Of a stretch of DNA of 64,000 bases, positions 19,300-29,035 are shown one piece after another. The DNA lies in the NCBI GenBank assembly GCA_025964985.1, contig JAOPXU010000315.1, forward strand, positions 22,441-86,440, written 5' to 3'. Numbering within the stretch: position 1 is the stretch's first letter; each line of letters opens with the position of its first letter. Made by a program: the position numbers and the translations under genes. Source of the stretch: Nocardioides sp. (GTDB lineage: Bacteria; Actinomycetota; Actinomycetes; Propionibacteriales; Nocardioidaceae). Under the pieces are notes generated by a model. That model was not told the origin of the DNA and did not search any database. It worked only from the letters and a program-made list of their open reading frames with translations.

Positions 19300-20625
19300 T
19301 CAGCGCAGGGTGAGCGCGACCGGCAGGTTCTTCAGGCCGCCGACGAAGTTGGTCTGCACGACCTTGCGGTCGCCGACGATCTCGAGCTTCTCGATGCGCG
19401 GCAGCAGCTCCTCGAACATGATGCGCAGCTCCTGCTTGGCCAGGTGCTGGCCGATGCACATGTGTGGGCCGTAGCCGAACGCGATCTGCTTGTTCGGGTG
19501 GCGGTGCACGTCGAAGGTGTCGGGCTCGTCGAAGACGTCCTCGTCACGGTTGGCCGACTGGTAGAGCAGCATGAAGCGATCGCCGGCCTTGACCGGCACT
19601 CCGCCCACGGTGGTGTCTTGCGTGGCTCGCCGGGCGAAGTGCTTGACCGGGGAGGCCACGCGCAGCGCCTCGTTGACGAGCTGGTCGACCAGCTCGGGCT
19701 TGGCCTGGACCTCGGCGAGCTGGTCGGGGTGCATCGCGAAGCGCTCGATGGCCGTGCTCAAGGTGCTCGACGTGGTGTCGTGACCCGCGGTCGCGATGGC
19801 GATGAACCACCCGTACGCGAACGTCTTGGGGTAGTACTCCCCGTCGGGCTGCTTGGCCACGGCGATGATCGTGGCGAGGTCCTCGCGCGGGTTGGCGCGG
19901 CGGTCCTCGACCATGACGTCGAAGTAGGCGTAGAAGTCCTGGATCGCAGCGGCCCACTGCTTGGCGGCGGCGTCCGGGCTCAGCGGCTCGACGTCGGCGC
20001 GGGTGCTGTCGGGGTCGGCGGTGCCGAAGAACTCCTGGGTCAGCACCATCATCCGCGGCTCGTCCTCCTCGGGGACGCCGAACAGGGTCATGATGACGTG
20101 GAGCGGGTAGTAGACCGCGAACTCCTTGACGAAGTCGATCTCGTTGAGCCCGGGCTTGAGGAAACGGTCAATGGCGCCCAGTGCGAGGGCGCGGATCTCG
20201 TCCTCCCACTTCTTCAGCTGCACTGGGCGGAACCAGGCCGCTGCGATGTCCTTGACCGCCGTGTGCTCCGGCGGGTCGAGGTAGGTCACGGTGTCGAGCA
20301 CGCGCAGGCTGCCGCCCAGGAGGCTCTTCGTGAACTCGTCGCCTGCCTGGTTCTGGAAGATCGGGTTGTGCGAGCCCTTCTCGTCCCCGCCGCCGGAGGT
20401 GAAGACGTCGGGCTGGCGCTCGATCTCCATGATGTCGGCGTGCTTGCTCACGAGGTAGACGGGGTCGTAGCCCTCGACGACGGCCTGGGCGAGCGGCGCG
20501 TTCTCGCGCAGCCATCGGTAGGCCTCGAACAGCTTGACCTCGTCGCGGTGGCCCTCAGGCAGCACGATCTGGCGCGCGATGTGGTCGGGAAGGGTGGTGA
20601 CGCGGGACTCTTCGGTGATGGTCAT
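19300..20625 (-). CDS. cyp108: Cytochrome P450, CYP108 (P450terp) family
   Basis: I-helix [16 protein letters not shown], heme motif [14 protein letters not shown]; [29 protein letters not shown] and TNFVGG match recalled P450terp motifs. Confidence 0.92.
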   Translation of the reverse strand: MTITEESRVTTLPDHIARQIVLPEGHRDEVKLFEAYRWLRENAPLAQAVVEGYDPVYLVSKHADIMEIERQPDVFTSGGGDEKGSHNPIFQNQAGDEFTKSLLGGSLRVLDTVTYLDPPEHTAVKDIAAAWFRPVQLKKWEDEIRALALGAIDRFLKPGLNEIDFVKEFAVYYPLHVIMTLFGVPEEDEPRMMVLTQEFFGTADPDSTRADVEPLSPDAAAKQWAAAIQDFYAYFDVMVEDRRANPREDLATIIAVAKQPDGEYYPKTFAYGWFIAIATAGHDTTSSTLSTAIERFAMHPDQLAEVQAKPELVDQLVNEALRVASPVKHFARRATQDTTVGGVPVKAGDRFMLLYQSANRDEDVFDEPDTFDVHRHPNKQIAFGYGPHMCIGQHLAKQELRIMFEELLPRIEKLEIVGDRKVVQTNFVGGLKNLPVALTLR

Positions 20626-20637
20626 GGGGGTCCTGTC

Positions 20638-22095
20638 TCAGCTGGCCGCGGTCGGCGGGAGGTAGATGGTCTTCAGGTTCTGGAAGGCGCTCAGGCCCTC
20701 GGGGCCCAGCTCGCGTCCCATGCCGCTGGACTTGATGCCGCCGAAGGGCGCGGTCGGATCGTTGGTGTAGTGGTTCAGCCCGATCGTGCCGGTGCGCACC
20801 TTGCGCGCGAACGCCTCGCCGCGCTCCAGGTCGGCGGTCCACACCGACCCGCCGAGGCCGTAGTCGGTGTCGTTGGCGATGCGGACCGCCTCGTCCTCGT
20901 CGCGGTAGGGGATCACCGCGAGGACCGGTCCGAAGATCTCCTCCTGCGCGATGGTGTGGTTCGGGTCCACGTCGGCGAAGACCGTCGGCTGCACGAACCA
21001 GCCCTTGTCGCGCTCCTCCGGGCGACCACCGCCGGCGGTCAGGCGGCCACCGTCGGAGCCGCCCTTGGCGATGTAGGACTCGACGCGGTCGCGCTGGCGT
21101 GAGGACACCAGCGGGCCGACCTGGGTGCCGCGGTCGAGCGGGTCACCGATGACCAGGTTGGCGGCCAGGCCGGTGACCGTGTCGACCACCTCGGCGTAGC
21201 GGCTCTGGGGGGCCAGCACCCGCGTCCCGAGCCAGCAGATCTGGCCGTTGTTGAGCAGGGTCGAGGCGAAGAAGCTCTCGATGTTGCCGAGCAGGTCGGC
21301 GTCGTCGAGCACGATCGCGGCCGACTTGCCGCCCAGCTCGAGGGTCACCGGGCGCAGCAGGCGGCCGCAGGTCTCGGCGATCGCCCGGCCGGCGGCGGTC
21401 GAGCCGGTGAAGCTCACCTTGTCGACGCCGGGGTGGGAGACGAGGTAGGCACCGAGCTCACGTCCACCGGGGACGACGTTGAGGACGCCGTCGGGCAGTC
21501 CCGCGGCCTTGGCCGCCTCGGCCATGAGGAACGCGTCGAGGACGGTCTCGGGAGCCGGCTTCAGCACGACGGTGCAGCCGGCCGCGAGGGCCGGTGCGAT
21601 CTTGAGGAAGGTGATGCCCTGCGGCACGTTCCACGGGACGATGGCCCCGACGACGCCGATCGGCTCGCGCAGCACGACAGCGGTGCCGCCGAGCATGCCG
21701 GCACGGCGCTCCTCGGCCTGGTCGACGACCATCTGGCTGTAGTAGCGCAGCAGCAGGGGCGGGAACCCGCCCTCGAACTGCTCGGCCACGACGATGGGCA
21801 TGCCGTTCTGCTGGGTGACGCGCGACGCGGTCTCGGCAGCGCGGGACTCGAGCTCGTCGGCGAAGCGTGCCAGCACCTCCTGCCGTCGGGCGGGCTCCCA
21901 CGAGCCCCACGCGTCGGGGCCGTCAAAGGCCAGGCGGGCGGCATCCACCGCGGCGTCGATGTCGGCATCGCTGCCTTCGGGGACGGAGCCGATGAGCTCC
22001 TCCGTGGTCGGCGAGTGGACCTCGATCGTGGCGGTGCCGCGCGGCTGCTGCCAGTCGCCGCCGACGTACAGCTGGTCGTAGTGCATCGTGCTCAT
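20638..22095 (-). CDS. NAD-dependent aldehyde dehydrogenase
   Basis: IVPWN, SFTGST, LELGGKS, catalytic GQICW, EEIFGP; start MSTMHYD at 22095. Confidence 0.93.
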   Translation of the reverse strand: MSTMHYDQLYVGGDWQQPRGTATIEVHSPTTEELIGSVPEGSDADIDAAVDAARLAFDGPDAWGSWEPARRQEVLARFADELESRAAETASRVTQQNGMPIVVAEQFEGGFPPLLLRYYSQMVVDQAEERRAGMLGGTAVVLREPIGVVGAIVPWNVPQGITFLKIAPALAAGCTVVLKPAPETVLDAFLMAEAAKAAGLPDGVLNVVPGGRELGAYLVSHPGVDKVSFTGSTAAGRAIAETCGRLLRPVTLELGGKSAAIVLDDADLLGNIESFFASTLLNNGQICWLGTRVLAPQSRYAEVVDTVTGLAANLVIGDPLDRGTQVGPLVSSRQRDRVESYIAKGGSDGGRLTAGGGRPEERDKGWFVQPTVFADVDPNHTIAQEEIFGPVLAVIPYRDEDEAVRIANDTDYGLGGSVWTADLERGEAFARKVRTGTIGLNHYTNDPTAPFGGIKSSGMGRELGPEGLSAFQNLKTIYLPPTAAS

Positions 22096-22138
22096 GGGTG
22101 CTCCTCGGGGGTCTGTGCGGGTCGGCCGGTCTGGGGGG

Positions 22139-23242
22139 TCACTCGTGGACCAGGACGACCTTGATGGCCTCGCCCCGGGCCTGGGCCGCGACGGCCTCGT
22201 TGATCTGCGAGAAGGGCATCGTCGTGATGAGCTTCTCGAAGGGGAACTTGCCCTCGGCGTGCAGCGCGAGGAGTTCGGGGATGAACTCGTCGGGGTTGGA
22301 GTCGCCCTCGACGATCCCGACGACCTTGGCGCCGAGCACCTGCGCACCGATCATCGGGACCGGCATGACCGCCTCGGGGTCGGAGGGGACGGCGATGAGA
22401 CCGATCGTGCCGCGGTGCGCCAGCGAGGCGAAGGCCTCCATGAGCACCGGCACGATGGCGGTGGTGTCGAGCACGTAGTCGACGCCGCCAGGCACGATCT
22501 GGCGGACCTGCTCGGACAGCGAGCCGGTGGCGGGGTCGATGACGTGAGTGGCGCCGAGCTCCAGGGCGAGGTCGCGGCGCGCCTGCACCGGCTCGACCAC
22601 GATGATGGTGCCGACCGAGCGGGCGGCCGCGGCCATGACGCCCGACAGGCCGACGGAGCCGCCGCCGGCCACGAGGAGGGCCGACCCGGGCTCGCAGTCG
22701 AAGGTGTTCATGACGGCGCCGGCGCCGGTCTGGAAGCCGCAGCCGAGGGGGCCGACGAGCCGGAGGTCGGCGTCGGCCGGCAGCTTGACGACGTTGCGCT
22801 CGTTGGCCATCGCGGCCGTGCCGAACGACGACTGGCCGAAGAAGTTGCTGCCGAGGGTCGCCCCGTCGCGGGTCAGCGCGGAGCTGCCGTCAGGACGGAC
22901 CCCGCCGAAGTTGAGACCCATGAACTCGTGGCAGTAGCCCGGCTCCGACTTCTTGCACGAGGCGCACTGCCCGCAGCTGTTGAAGGTCAGGCCGACCTTG
23001 TCGCCGACAGCGACCTTGGTGACGCCGTGGCCGATGGAGCGGACGGTGCCGGCACCCTCGTGGCCCACGACCCCGGGCATCGGGAACGGGAGGTGGCCGT
23101 GCTGGGCGGCCAGGTCGGTGTGGCACAGGCCGACGGCGACGATGTCGACGAGGACCTCACCGGCCTGGGGGTCGCCGATCTCGGCGTCGACGATCTGGAA
23201 GTCCGCACCCACCTCGGGGATAACGGCGGCCTTGATCTGCAT
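22139..23242 (-). CDS. Zn-dependent (aryl/allylic) alcohol dehydrogenase
   Basis: GLCHTD, GHEGAG, structural-Zn CGQCASC...C, FFGQSSF, GPLGCGFQTGAG (benzyl alcohol/geraniol DH type); start MQIKAAV at 23242. Confidence 0.93.
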   Translation of the reverse strand: MQIKAAVIPEVGADFQIVDAEIGDPQAGEVLVDIVAVGLCHTDLAAQHGHLPFPMPGVVGHEGAGTVRSIGHGVTKVAVGDKVGLTFNSCGQCASCKKSEPGYCHEFMGLNFGGVRPDGSSALTRDGATLGSNFFGQSSFGTAAMANERNVVKLPADADLRLVGPLGCGFQTGAGAVMNTFDCEPGSALLVAGGGSVGLSGVMAAAARSVGTIIVVEPVQARRDLALELGATHVIDPATGSLSEQVRQIVPGGVDYVLDTTAIVPVLMEAFASLAHRGTIGLIAVPSDPEAVMPVPMIGAQVLGAKVVGIVEGDSNPDEFIPELLALHAEGKFPFEKLITTMPFSQINEAVAAQARGEAIKVVLVHE

Positions 23243-23309
23243 GGGGGTTCCCTTCGGGACGAGAGCTGGAGTGGCCGGCTCACGGGGTCCGCAGCCTGGC
23301 CGGACCTCG

Positions 23310-23375
23310 AGTGTGTGCGCCGTCACGCGGCCGCGGCATCCTCCGTAGGACAGACCGGCATACCCCGAAGGGCTC
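23310..23375 (-). promoter_or_regulatory. Activator-type promoter of adh-aldh-cyp108-fdx operon
   Basis: GAGCCCTTCGGGGTAT-GCCGG-TCTGTCCTACGGAGGATG-N21-CACACT. Confidence 0.7.
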
Positions 23376-23468
23376 CTCCGCGAGCCCGGTCGGACTAGCG
23401 CTCGGCACACGGTGGCGCGCTCGACCCCGGGCCTGTCCGACGCCGTCACGCCGTGGTGCAGACAGGTC

Positions 23469-24248
23469 TCAGCGCAAGCGCCACACGGGCTCGCGCTTGT
23501 CGCGGAACGCCGCGACGCCTTCCTGGATGTCCTCGGTGGTGAAGGCCAGGGCGAGCTGGGAGCGCAGTGCGGAGAGGGCGTCGGGCAGACTCATGTCACG
23601 CGTCGCGTCGATGGCGTCCTTGCCCAGGCGCATCAGGAGCGGGGACTTCGCTGCCACCTTGCGGGCCCAGGCGTCGACGGTCGCGTCGAACTCCTCGGCC
23701 GGCACGACGACGTTGACGATGTCCATCCGCGCAGCCTCGGCCGCGTCGATGGGATCGCCGGTCATCATCAGCTGGTTGGCGCGCATCCGCGGCACGTTGC
23801 GGTAGATCAGCGCGGAGATCATGAACGGGAAGACACCGACGTTGATCTCGGGACAGCCGAACCGCACGCCCTCCCGGGCGATGACCAGGTCGCACGCCAG
23901 CGCGAGACCGAACGCGCCGGCCAGCACGTCGCCGCCCGCCGCGCAGATCACCGGTCGGCCCAGGCCGCCGATGGCCTCGTAGAGACGCGGGAAACGGTCG
24001 AGACCGGCGTACTTGGTGAGCACGGGGACGTCGCTCGCAAAGGCCTTGAGGTCGCCGCCGGCCGAGAAGATCTTGTCGTGCGAGGTGCGCAGCACCACCA
24101 CGCGCACGGCGTCGTCGGCGCCGGCACGCTCGAGCGCGGCGAGGAGCTCGTCGAGGAGCGCGTCGCTCAGGGCGTTGCGGGTCCCCGGCGAGTCGAGCGT
24201 CACCGAGGCGACCCCGTGCTCGTCGACCTCGTAGCGGACCAGGCTCAT
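23469..24248 (-). CDS. Enoyl-CoA hydratase/isomerase (methylglutaconyl-CoA hydratase-like)
   Basis: FSAGGDL, AGAFGLALACD, FGCPEINVG, EGVAAFRDKREP. Confidence 0.9.
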   Translation of the reverse strand: MSLVRYEVDEHGVASVTLDSPGTRNALSDALLDELLAALERAGADDAVRVVVLRTSHDKIFSAGGDLKAFASDVPVLTKYAGLDRFPRLYEAIGGLGRPVICAAGGDVLAGAFGLALACDLVIAREGVRFGCPEINVGVFPFMISALIYRNVPRMRANQLMMTGDPIDAAEAARMDIVNVVVPAEEFDATVDAWARKVAAKSPLLMRLGKDAIDATRDMSLPDALSALRSQLALAFTTEDIQEGVAAFRDKREPVWRLR

Positions 24249-25252
24249 CGGCTGGCCTGCGTCGTGTCGAGGACGATCTTGCCGAAGGCCGTCCCGGACT
24301 CGAGGTGCCGGTGGGCCTCGGCGGCCTCGGCGAGGGGCACGACGCGGTCGACCACGGGGGGCCGGACGTCGCGCTCGCGCATCAGCCCGAGCAACCCGGC
24401 GAAGTCGAGCGGGCTCCCCATCGTGGTGCCGAGCAGGTCGTACTGACCGAAGTAGTAGGGCCGCACGTCGAGGGCGGCACGATCGGACCGGTTGGCGCCG
24501 AGGACGACCAGACGACCGCCGGGGCGCAGGGCCCGCAGCGCCTCGGGCCAGGCGCCGACGGCGTCGAGCACGACGTCGAACCCGCCGGCTGCCCCGCCGA
24601 CCAGGGCGCGAGCGTCCTCCGGCCAGGTCGGTGCGGCCTCGCCGTCGTAGCGCACCCCGTCGACGGCGCCAAGCTCGCGCGCCCGCTCGAGCTTGTCGTC
24701 GGTCGACGAAGTCACGACAACCCTGGCGCCCAGGGCGGTGCCGAGGGTGACCGCCATGGTGGCGACCCCGCCCCCGGCTCCGAGCACGAGCAGCGACTCA
24801 CCGGAGGCGAGGCGGCCTCGGCTCACCAGGGCGCGGTACGTCGTCAGCCCGACCAGCGGGAGAGCCGCGGCCTCGGCCCAGGAGAGCCCCGCGGGCTTGG
24901 GTGCCACGCAGTCGCGGGGCACCAGGACCCGCTCGGCGTAGGTGCCTGGCCGGTGGTCACCGAGGATCTCCCAGCGGGGGCCGGGAGCAGCCTCGCGCCC
25001 ACCCCACCACATCGACGGCAGGACGACGACCTCCTCACCGGTGGCGAGGTCGATGCCGGCCCCGTCGGCGCCAGGCGTGTGGGGCAGCGGCGAGGCGTAG
25101 GTGCCTCGCCGCACGAGCACGTCGTGCCAGTTGAGTGCCGCGGCGCGCAGCTCCACGACGGTCCAGCCGTCGTCGGGGGGGACTGGGTCGGGCACCTCGG
25201 CGACCTCGAGCACCCCGGCGTCGCCGTAGGTGCGTTGGACGACCGCCCTCAC
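24245..25252 (-). CDS. MDR-family NAD(P)H:quinone oxidoreductase-like protein
   Basis: AALNWHD, GADGAG, LGAGGGVA, GTAFGKIVL; GTG start overlapping upstream stop. Confidence 0.85.
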   Translation of the reverse strand: MRAVVQRTYGDAGVLEVAEVPDPVPPDDGWTVVELRAAALNWHDVLVRRGTYASPLPHTPGADGAGIDLATGEEVVVLPSMWWGGREAAPGPRWEILGDHRPGTYAERVLVPRDCVAPKPAGLSWAEAAALPLVGLTTYRALVSRGRLASGESLLVLGAGGGVATMAVTLGTALGARVVVTSSTDDKLERARELGAVDGVRYDGEAAPTWPEDARALVGGAAGGFDVVLDAVGAWPEALRALRPGGRLVVLGANRSDRAALDVRPYYFGQYDLLGTTMGSPLDFAGLLGLMRERDVRPPVVDRVVPLAEAAEAHRHLESGTAFGKIVLDTTQASR

Positions 25253-26214
25253 GCGAGCGCCCTGGCGTCGGCGCCCACCAGGTGACGGCGTACCTCCCCG
25301 GACAGCTCGATCGCCTCGTCGACGGTCTCGGAGACGGGGATGAGGGTGAGGGTGCGCGCACCGGCGTCGACGTAGGGCTGCAACGTCTCGGCCACGTCCT
25401 CGGGCCGGCCGGCGGCGGTGATGTGCTGGAACTTCTCGGGCGGCAGATTGTAGAGGCTCGACATCTGCTGGCCCAGACGCTCGCGAGCGCTCGCCTCGTC
25501 GGCACCGAGGCCCACCCAGATGTTGAGGCCGGCGAAGGTCGGCTCGGGGCGGCCGCGCTCGGCGCAGGCCTCGAGGATCTGCTGGTGCGTCGTGCTGTAG
25601 CGGCGGGCCGAGCACCACATGCCCAGCCAGCCGTCGCCGTGCTCCGCCGTGCGCCGGACCGCCACCTCACCGCCCCCGCCGATGACGATGGGCACCCGCG
25701 GGTCGGGTGCCGGCGCGATGCGCGACTGCTCGAAGGAGTAGAACTCCCCGGCGTGGTCGGCCGCCTCGCCGTTGGCGATGACGCGCAGGACCTGGAGCGC
25801 CTCGTCGGTGCGCCGACCGCGCGAGGCGGGGTCCACGCCCATGTTGGCGACCTCGGTGCGGTCCTCGCCGGCGACGCCGACGCCCAGCGTCAGGCGCCCG
25901 GGGGCGACCTGGCTCAGCGTCGCGAGCTGCCGCGCCGTCGCCAGCGGGTGCCGCAGCGCCAGCAGGTAGACGCCGATGAGCACCTTGAGGCGGTCGTGGG
26001 ACGCGAGTGCCGTGGTCGCGGCGACGAAGCCGTCGAACCCCGTGCCGCCGTGGAAGCTGATGTGGTCGCCGACAGTGAGGTGGTCGAGACCGGCCTCGTC
26101 CATCGACTCGAGGATCGATCGGCGCCGGGCGGCGTCCGGCACGAGCAGCTCGTCGTTGACGGCGATGCCGAGCTCGATCCCGGACGTGGCGAGCGGGGAC
26201 GCGGAAGTGGTCAC
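25249..26214 (-). CDS. LLM-class flavin-dependent oxidoreductase
   Basis: LTVGDHISF, PGRLTLGVG, PIVIGGGG, HGDGW; start probably leaderless GTG at 26214. Confidence 0.85.
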   Translation of the reverse strand: MTTSASPLATSGIELGIAVNDELLVPDAARRRSILESMDEAGLDHLTVGDHISFHGGTGFDGFVAATTALASHDRLKVLIGVYLLALRHPLATARQLATLSQVAPGRLTLGVGVAGEDRTEVANMGVDPASRGRRTDEALQVLRVIANGEAADHAGEFYSFEQSRIAPAPDPRVPIVIGGGGEVAVRRTAEHGDGWLGMWCSARRYSTTHQQILEACAERGRPEPTFAGLNIWVGLGADEASARERLGQQMSSLYNLPPEKFQHITAAGRPEDVAETLQPYVDAGARTLTLIPVSETVDEAIELSGEVRRHLVGADARALA

Positions 26215-26255
26215 CCACTGCATGCTGCCCCACGGGCTGACCTCGAGCAATGAAA

Positions 26256-26281
26256 AGGCCAGACCATTGATGGTGAGACCT
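26256..26281. promoter_or_regulatory. Tandem FadR/GntR-type operators between divergent LLM genes
   Basis: AGGCCAGACCA (26256-66) and TGGTGAGACCT (26271-81). Confidence 0.6.
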
Positions 26282-26338
26282 CCACCGTCCGGTCCGACCC
26301 GGGTTGCCAGACGCCGTCGAGCTCACTTGGGTGGAGCG

Positions 26339-27358
26339 GTGACGACCCGAGGCATCACCGTGCTCGCCGGCGGACTCCGCGAGACCGTCGACACCACCCG
26401 CGCCGCCGAGGCCGCCGGCTTCGACGCCGCCTGGTCCGGCGAGTTCCTCAACCGCTCGGCCATCGTGTCCGTGGCCGCGATGGCCGCGGCCACCGACCGC
26501 ATCGGCGTCGGCACCGCGATCGCCTACGCCGTCGGCCGCTCGCCGCTGGTGCTGGCCAACGACGCCCGCTTCCTCGACGAGCTGAGCGGCGGCCGGCTCA
26601 CGCTGGGCCTCGGCACCGGCACCAAGGGGATGATGGTCGGCTGGCACGGCGTCACTGACCCCGACGGTCCGGCGACCCGGATGGAGGAGCTCATCCCCCT
26701 CCTGCGACGCCTTTGGCGCCTGCACGAAGGTCCGGTCGAGCACGAGGGCCGTTTCTACTCCTGCAACATCACGCCCACCGCCGACATCGAGGCGCCGCTG
26801 CGCACCGAGATCCCAATCTGGACCGCCGGCGTCAACGCCCGGATGGTCGAGGTCGCCGGCCGCGTCTCCGACGGCCTGATCTGTCACCCCACGCTGACCG
26901 ACACCTATCTCGCGCAGGTGGCACGGCCCGCGATCGAGAAGGGCGCCGCCCACGCCGGGCGCGATGCCGCCGCCGTCGCTCTCAAAGGCGTCATCATCAC
27001 GGCCATCCACGACGACGTGTCGGTCGCGCGGCGCGAGGCGGCCGCGCAGATCGCCTTCTACGTCGCGCCCCGGGCCTACGGACCGGTGATGGAGGCGTCC
27101 GGGTTCGCCGACGAGACCGCTGCCGTCCAGTCCGCGTTCCGTGCGCAGGACCACCAGGGCATGGTCGACGCCGTCTCGGACCGGATGCTCGACCAGATGG
27201 CTGCGGCCGGCCCGGCCGACGAGGTGCGCCAGCGGGTCGCTGTCCTCGAGCAGCGCTACGACCACGCCGCGCTCTACTCACCCAGCTTCACCCTCGACGC
27301 CGAGCGCGTGCGCGAGAACACCACGGCGATCCTCGAGACGTTCTCCCGCACGGGCTGA
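26339..27358 (+). CDS. LLM-class (possibly F420-dependent) oxidoreductase
   Basis: AEAAGFDAAWSGE, DELSGGRLTLGLGTG, IPIWTAGV; start GTG 26339. Confidence 0.88.
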   Translation: MTTRGITVLAGGLRETVDTTRAAEAAGFDAAWSGEFLNRSAIVSVAAMAAATDRIGVGTAIAYAVGRSPLVLANDARFLDELSGGRLTLGLGTGTKGMMVGWHGVTDPDGPATRMEELIPLLRRLWRLHEGPVEHEGRFYSCNITPTADIEAPLRTEIPIWTAGVNARMVEVAGRVSDGLICHPTLTDTYLAQVARPAIEKGAAHAGRDAAAVALKGVIITAIHDDVSVARREAAAQIAFYVAPRAYGPVMEASGFADETAAVQSAFRAQDHQGMVDAVSDRMLDQMAAAGPADEVRQRVAVLEQRYDHAALYSPSFTLDAERVRENTTAILETFSRTG

Positions 27359-27382
27359 GCACCGGGACCCGTCACCGGGCGT

Positions 27383-27448
27383 GATCCGAACGGGCGATGC
27401 GGGCGTGCCCCCGGGCCGATGCCGCGGACACCGCCACGGACCTAGGTT
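27383..27448 (+). promoter_or_regulatory. Activator-type promoter of DUF2834-like gene
   Basis: GATCCGAACGGGCGATG-CGGG-CGTGCCCCCGGGCCGATG-N21-TAGGTT, 7 nt before ATG. Confidence 0.6.
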
Positions 27449-27455
27449 CGCGAGC

Positions 27456-27851
27456 ATGTGGATGAACATCAGGCACGCGCTCTACGTCGGTCTCGGTGCT
27501 GCCGCCCTCGTGCTCACCTGGCCCTACGCCTTCGACTGGATGGACGCCGGCGGCAACATCCTGGACCCCTCGGCCTTCTTCGGCGACGCCATCAAAGCCG
27601 GCGGCACGGCGTCGTTCCTCAGCATCGACATGCTCATCGCCTGGGCGGTGTTCATGGTCTGGGTGGTGACCGACGCGACGCGGATCGGGCTGGGGACCAG
27701 GTGGGGCGTCGCTTTCGTGCTGCTGTCCTACATCGGGGTCTCGATGGCTTTTCCGGTCTACCTGGTGACCCGCGAGCGGTTCCTCCACCGTCGCGGGGCG
27801 ACGGCCGTCGACGCGGCCCCTAAGCCGGTGACGGCTCAGGCAGCCGGATAG
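27456..27851 (+). CDS. Small membrane protein, DUF2834-like
   Basis: 131 aa, 3-4 TM, SFLSIDML and IGVSMAFPVYLVTRER motifs. Confidence 0.7.
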   Translation: MWMNIRHALYVGLGAAALVLTWPYAFDWMDAGGNILDPSAFFGDAIKAGGTASFLSIDMLIAWAVFMVWVVTDATRIGLGTRWGVAFVLLSYIGVSMAFPVYLVTRERFLHRRGATAVDAAPKPVTAQAAG

Positions 27852-28339
27852 GTCAGGTAGATCGACTCCGCGACCATCGCCGGGCGCTCCTGGCCGCGGA
27901 CCTCGATGGTCAGCCGTACGCGGTACTGCACGCCCCCGTCGTCGCGTCGCCGACCCTCGGTGACGGTGGCGGCGAGCCGGACGTCGGCCCCGACGGGGAC
28001 AGGTGCCGTGAAGCGCACCTTGTCCAGGCCGTAGTTGGTGCCGCGTCCGTGGTCGGTGATCGTCATCAGCTCCTTGAGCATCGCCGGGACGAGCGCCAGC
28101 GTGAGGTATCCGTGCGCGATGGTGCCGCCGAAGGGACCGGCTGCCGCCCGCTCGGGGTCGACGTGGATCCACTGGTGGTCGTCGGTCGCGTCGGCGAAGG
28201 TGTCGACACGCTCCTGCGCCACGGGGCGCCACGGCGACGCCCCGAGGTCGAGGCCGCGGACCTCGGCTAGCTCGGCGACCGTGACCGGTCGGGGGGCGTC
28301 GACGGTGCGGTCATCGGTCGCGCTGGGCTCGGCGGGCAT
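27836..28339 (-). CDS. MaoC-family (R)-specific enoyl-CoA hydratase
   Basis: FADATDDHQWIHVDPERA, TIAHGYLTL, NYGLDKVRFTAPV. Confidence 0.9.
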   Translation of the reverse strand: MPAEPSATDDRTVDAPRPVTVAELAEVRGLDLGASPWRPVAQERVDTFADATDDHQWIHVDPERAAAGPFGGTIAHGYLTLALVPAMLKELMTITDHGRGTNYGLDKVRFTAPVPVGADVRLAATVTEGRRRDDGGVQYRVRLTIEVRGQERPAMVAESIYLTYPAA

Positions 28340-28462
28340 GGCCTCATGCAATCGGCCGCCCGCGCAGACCTCAACCCCGGTGCCGACGACGGATGTGGCA
28401 CCCGACAGCGACGCGGCACGACGAGGGTGACGCCGGCATGCCCATCTGCCTACCGTGCGCGG

Positions 28463-28987
28463 ATGAGCACCACGCCCGCGGTCGCCCAGGTCCCGCTGCC
28501 GACCTACGCGCAGGCCGCCTCACTCCCGTCCCTCGTCGACGGCCACGTGCCGGAGGACTTCATCGACGCCAACGGCCACATGAACATCCGTCATCACATC
28601 GACCTCGGCGCGACCGCCGCCGACATCGTGTGCCACGAGATCGGCGTCGACGACGACTACCGCTCCCGGCGCAGGCTCGGCGTCTTCACCGCCGAGCACC
28701 ACCTGCGCTACCTCGGCGAGCTGCGGCTTGGTGACCGGTTCACCGCACACACCCGGGTGCTGGACCGCTCGGTCACGGTGGCCCACCTCGTCTCGCTGGT
28801 GCTCGACCGCACCCGTGAGCAGGTCGCCTGCGTGATGGAGATCGTGCTGGTGCACGTCGACATGGGCACGCGCCGACCGGCGCCGTTCCCCGTGGACGTC
28901 ATCGAGGGGCTCGACCGGTGGATCGCCGCGTCGGTGGCGCTCCCCTGGCCCGCGCCGGTCATCGGCCGCATGGGCGTGCGGCGTTGA
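28463..28987 (+). CDS. Acyl-CoA thioesterase (4HBT-like hotdog fold)
   Basis: FIDANGHMNI, FTAEHHLRYLGEL; leaderless ATG after TACCGT. Confidence 0.85.
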   Translation: MSTTPAVAQVPLPTYAQAASLPSLVDGHVPEDFIDANGHMNIRHHIDLGATAADIVCHEIGVDDDYRSRRRLGVFTAEHHLRYLGELRLGDRFTAHTRVLDRSVTVAHLVSLVLDRTREQVACVMEIVLVHVDMGTRRPAPFPVDVIEGLDRWIAASVALPWPAPVIGRMGVRR

Positions 28988-29035
28988 CCTCACCGGGCCA
29001 CCCGACACCGGCCCCGTCGGGTGGGGTCGACCGGG

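Noticed and set aside
28381-28456. Sixth copy of the tandem-box promoter upstream of the thioesterase
   Set aside because: Spacing from GACG to the -10 is 18 rather than 21, and the box match is poor
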